Origin: Squalus acanthias
Lineage: Eukaryota
Length of the DNA stretch: 64,000 nt
NCBI GenBank assembly: GCA_030390025.1
Contig: CM059432.1
Location: 122,266,001 to 122,330,000, forward strand
Direction of reading: 5' to 3'
The notes below the pieces were generated by a model, which was not told the origin of the DNA, searched no databases, and was given only the letters and a program-made list of their open reading frames with translations. Below, one piece after another: positions 58,910 to 64,000 of the stretch. Position 1 is the stretch's first letter. Each line of letters opens with the position of its first letter. The position numbers were made by a program, and so were the translations under genes.

Positions 58910-60097
58910 TGAGGTAAGGTGAGAGTGACTGCCCTTGACATCAAGGCAGCATTTGACCGAGTGTGGAACCAAGGAGCCCTAGTAAAATTGAAGTTAATTG
59001 GGATCAGGGGAAAAGCTCTTCACTGGCTGGAGTCATACCTAGCACAAAGGAAGATGGTTGTGGTGGTTGAAGGTCAATCATCACAGCCTCAGGACATCAC
59101 TGCAGGAGTTCCTCAGGGCAGTGTCCTAGGCCCAACCACTTTCAGCTGCTTAATCAATGACCTTCCCTGCATCATAAGGTCAGAAGTGGGGATGTTCGCT
59201 GATGATTGCACAGTGTTCAGTTCCATTTGCAATTCCTCAGATAATGAAGCAGTCCGTGCCCACAGGCAGCAAGAACTGGACAACATCCCGGTTTGGGCTG
59301 ATAAGTAGTAAGTTGCATTTGCACCACACAAGTGCCAGGCAATGACCATCTCCAGCAAAACAGAGTCTAACCACCTCCCCTTGACATAAAATGGCATTAC
59401 CATCATGGAATCCTTCACCAACATCCTGGGAGTCACCAGTAACTGGAAACTTAACTGGACCAGCCACATAAATACTGTGGCTACAAGATCAGGTCAGATT
59501 CTGGGTATTCTGCAGTGAATGACTCACCTCCTAACTCCCCAAAGCCTTTCCACCATCTACAAGGCACAAGTCAGGAGTGTGCTGGAATATTCTCCACTTG
59601 CCTGGATGAGTGCAGCTCCAACAACACTCAAGAAGCTCGACACCATCCAGGACAAAACAGCCCGCTTGATTGGCACCCCATCCACCACCTTAAACATTCA
59701 CTCCCTCCACCACCGGCGTACCATGGCTGCAGTGTGTACCATCTACAAGATGCACTGCAGCAACTCGCCAAGAATTCTTCAGCAGCACCTCCCAAACCCG
59801 CGACCTCTACCTCCTAAAAGGACAAGAGCAGCAGGTGCATGCGAACACCACCACCTCCAATTTCCCCTACAAGTCACACACCATCCTGACTTGGAAATAT
59901 ATCACCGATCCTTCATTGTCGCTGGGTCAAAATCCTGGAACTCCCTCCCTAACAGCACTGTGGGAGTACCTTCACCACACGGACTGCAGCGGTTCAAGGA
60001 GGCGGCTCACCACCACTTTCTCAAGGGCAATTAGGGATGAGCAATAAATGCTGGCCTTGCCAGCGACGCCCACATCCCATGAATGAATAAAAAAATA
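58910..60097 (+). mobile_element. CR1-clade family A LINE, 5'-truncated
   Basis: ALDIKAAFDRVW, AGVPQGSVLGP, MFADD, 3' tail ATGAATGAATAAAAAAA. Confidence 0.9.
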
Positions 60098-60530
60098 CTT
60101 GTATAGATTACACAAACTAGGGTTGTATTCCCTGGAATTTAGATGGTTAAAGGGTGATTTGATCGAAGTTTTCAAGATATTAAGGGGAACAGATAGGGTA
60201 GATAGAGGGAAACTATTTCCACTGGTTCGGGAGTCTAGGACGAGGGGGCATAGTCTAAAAATTGGAGCCAACCTTTTCAGGAATGAAATAAGGAACACTT
60301 CTACACACAAAAGGTGGTAGAAGTTTGGAACTCTCTTCCGCAAATGGCAATTGACCCTAGATCAATTGTTAATTTTAAATCAGAGATTGATAGCTTTTTG
60401 TTAACCAAAGGTATTAAGGGATATGGGACAAAGGCAGGTATACGGGTTAGCTCGCAGATCAGCCATGATCTCATTGAATGGCGGAACTAGCTCGAGGGGC
60501 TGAATGGCCTACTCCTGTTCCTATGTTTCT
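60098..60530 (+). mobile_element. CR1 family B 3' end
   Basis: LGLYSLEFRWLKGDLIEVFK...RTRGHSLK; GATCAGCCATGATCTCATTGAATGGCGG tail. Confidence 0.85.
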
Positions 60531-63000
60531 AATACACATCTTGCTGCAACCATTTCCATCACTTCTAACAAGCCTTTTGCTCATAGCAGCAAGTTATTAC
60601 CTCAGTAGGATCTCTGGCCTTCATACTTAACCTGGCCTGGATTGTCCTAAAGCATTTTCGCTTTTTAGACCGTCTGCAATAAATCTGAAGAAGCACTCTT
60701 TTCGTATGAAATGCAATATACTGAAAGCCAGTGCATTAAAGAGATAATGAATGTCAGGGACTGCACACTCCATTGAATATGCTGTTATTCAAGAAAAAGC
60801 TGCCTCATAATTAGTGTGAGTCATATATCGGATGTTTCTGAGAATGAATCGCACTCTGGGTGACAGGAGGTGAGAAGTCATGCCTTACATTATTCAATTC
60901 ACTTAATTACAATTTAAGCGGCTAAAGCAAGCTACCTTCAATTCTTCCCATTATCCCTTTCACTACTTCTTGCCTCTGTTTAAACATTCATCTAAAGTAT
61001 CCTAATGGGCTGTCTGTGGTTTCTAGTACAGTCAGGAGAGCCTGGATAAACCAAGACCTGATTCATTATATAAACTATGTTATTATATGATGTTATTTCC
61101 ACTTTTTTTAAATTTCATGACAGCTACTAACAGCTCAGCATAGATGGCACCGGGAATGAAAAAAAAGGATTCACTGCAAGCTCACTGGGTCCACTCCACG
61201 ATTTCCGTGTTAATTTAGTTCCTCTTTAACCCTTGAAATTTACATCTAACCTTTATCATTTTAGTTCGAAGTTACCTGCTGAATGTGTGGTATAAAACAC
61301 AGTTCCTGATGAGAAGCTGTGGGACATGATTTACATCCCACCTTGTCACTCGTGATTTATTAGGTCAGCACACTTGCGGCATATAAATCACGGGCTCGAA
61401 AATCCACGGGGCGCGATCTCAGCCGCCTCGCCAGCACCGTGCTCACCGGTGCTGTATAACGCTGACCCCTGCTGGAGTTTACGGGGTCAGCTGGAGGGCA
61501 CCTTGTGCGTGTGGGGCTGGTGGGCACCCGGCCCACTGCGAGCGCATCTCTGGCACCTGCTTGCTCCACGCATTCAGAAAATCCTGGCTGCCTTTTGGGA
61601 GCGGATTAAGGTTGCTCAGATCCCTCTTCCCTACAAACCTCATGCAGTCTATTGGCGCCCTGTGATTTTTTTTTTTAAACCTGGCTATTCTTTGGGGGTC
61701 CGAGCTGTTTCCCTGGTCTGAACCCTCCCCGCCACCCCCAGTGGTCCTCACTGCCACCCATCTGGGGACTAGGACCACTCATTTCACTCGGTATACTGGC
61801 CTCCAGTCCAACAATGGGTTTCGACTGAGCCAGGGAATGCCCGATGTATGGAGTCCCCACTCCCGGGACCACCCCCTTGGCATTATTTGTTGTGTAAGGA
61901 GAGAGCAGAGGTTCCGCCCCTTACAAAGTTGGCCAGAAAATCCCGGTAAAGGCAGAGACCCAGCGGCATTTTCCGACACAACCCCCCAGGAATTTTCCTG
62001 GACCATATTTCACAGCTCCTCACCATGTATTTTCTGTATCTAAAATAAAGGGCCAATGAAGTGGTTCTGGCACAGTGGTGGTGGGATGGCATTGCATCGT
62101 GTTTGGTTGTACGTGTGCCTTACGGGGCTAACCTCGCCGATAATGCAAAGTCACCCATTAACATAATTATTCATCACATCCAGCACACAGTCCATGAATC
62201 TCTGGAAGTGTGAAAGGGCAGGGTGGGATTTCCTGTGACTGCAGCTCTATAAGGACTGCTGGCCATCCTTAAAGTTATACTTCACATTCAGCTGCAAAAC
62301 AGGCCTTGAAAGCCGTGGTACAGGAGGTCTGGCAGAGAAGGGTGACTCTATGTAGAGGGCATGGCCACCCTTCAGTAAAGACTGCAGCCAGTGTAGCATG
62401 GCAGAGTGAATCAATGTAACCTCACCTGTGAGTAAGTGAGGAAGACATTTTGTGGCCTATGCATGGTTGCTAAGGTAAGTATGCAAACATGCGGCAACAT
62501 CTTAATAGGTCCTTCATTGCTGCTCACTACTAGCTTAGTATGCTAGCGCAGAGGGAGAACGCAGAAAGCCTTGCCTACTGCTGATGTCCCCAAATGGATA
62601 GGCATGTCCCTTTGCTTCCATTTCACTGTGTGGTGTTGCCCTGTAACAATACTGTCCATATTGGCCATCCAGTGAATCAATATCAAGCACCAAGTACTAT
62701 GCCAACACAAAAGGGGTGACTTTAACCTAACCCAACTGGCGGGAAACTGATGGCTATGGATCAGTCGCCTGTTTTACCCCCCACTCAGTTTTACTTTCCA
62801 TTGACTTCACTTGCAGGGTCATCTTCGGATGCAGCTGAAGGAGAGATGGCCACCCCCCATCCCGAGAGGCAAGCTCTGACTCCCATGCATCCACCCACCT
62901 CCCTTCTTCCTCCCACTGGGAGAATACTTATAATTAGCACAAGGCTAGTAAGTGAGGCGAGAGTGACTGCCCTTGACATCAAGGAAGTGGGTTCGACCTC

Positions 63001-64000
63001 TGTAAAAGCAGTTTTGGATATTGCAGTTAATTACACTGTCTGGGGAACCGGGATGATCTCACTCAAGCCCCAGCAGACATTAACATTTTAACAATAAACC
63101 CAGGGAAAGAGCAGTCCCACCCAAAATACAGGCCCCATCAAAACCGATTACAGGCCCCATCAGAAATATGCATAATAAAACCCATTCAGACCCATTCTAT
63201 AGAAAGACCAAGTCCAGCCTAGTAAACCAAACATGAAATCAATCACCAGTGATCAACTGAGGAGATCGACAGGATGCAAGCCATCCCAAAAGCCATTTGA
63301 CACTTACAGAACAGTTACTGGTAACTAGCCCGCCAAAACCAGACAATGAACTGAGCAGATTTAGCGTGCAGATAAGGCTATGTTCAATGGGTGAGATTGA
63401 AGGCCTGTTCAAAACCAGTTAACACACTAGTAAAGTCGTTACTGTTAACGAGCCCGCCAAAACCAGACAATGAACTGAGCAGATTTGGCGGGCAGATAAG
63501 GCCACTTCAATTTGGTATAATTGAAGGCCTGTTAAGTGGTTCAAAAGGTCGAGACAAGCGGGTCATCAGCATTACACACACAGTCGAGTGTGGAGACAAG
63601 GAGCAACATCACAGACCCAAGTCGAGCTGGAAGCGAGTCGGCATCGCTCACCACTCAGACACACCTGAGTCCAGCTCGTGAAGATACCACCTCGACGGAC
63701 TTCCAACAACGGTCCCAACACAGTCACCCGGAGCAACAAGCCAAAAAACCACCGACGGCTCCATGAGGTCGACCGACACACTAGACAAGGCCTAAAACCA
63801 TCGCGGAAACCAAAGGCCTCACGAAACCAACAACCGCATATTACCCCCAACTGACCGGGTAATAGCACGCCACCGCGACCAACAAAGATCAACTCAAGGG
63901 AAGAAAACCCGAAGAACCGCAAAGTTTCCACTCTACAATCTACTCCTGACTTACCCCTGGGTTAGATTTTTTCCCAAAGACTCTAAACCCTATTGCTAAC
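63001..64000. mobile_element. Unclassified insertion, possibly an LTR (truncated by window edge)
   Basis: Starts TGTAA shortly after a CR1-A fragment stops abruptly; C/A-rich, CpG-retaining; ~124-bp tandem duplication at ~63314-63530. Confidence 0.3.

Overview
Repeat-rich, gene-poor vertebrate genomic DNA, most likely from a cartilaginous fish (inferred from V-SINE/HE1-like and DeuSINE-like SINEs, CR1/L2 LINEs and many PIF/Harbinger derivatives). No host protein-coding gene could be identified with confidence. The dominant feature is a very young, almost intact 12.8-kb provirus on the minus strand (39693-52531). It has ~1.7-kb near-identical TG...CA LTRs, a 4-bp TSD (CAAT), a PBS and a PPT. 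Gag carries a coiled coil, an overlapping PSAP/PPxY late domain and a CCHC knuckle. Pol (PR-RT-tether-RNaseH-IN plus a long C-terminal extension) is in frame behind a single UGA-CUAG readthrough-type stop. Env has a signal peptide, an immunoglobulin-like domain and a paramyxo/pneumovirus-F-like class I fusion module, broken by one frameshift. This architecture best fits the lokiretrovirus-like lineage. The Ig domain, the UGA-CUAG junction, the Ebola-like late domain and internal PPT copies are the most striking details. The provirus sits inside a Harbinger-derived Myb/SANT element. The rest of the window is Harbinger derivatives and MITEs, nested LINEs, SINEs, a Penelope-type hammerhead motif and minisatellites. 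All family assignments are by eye from motifs; no database search was run.
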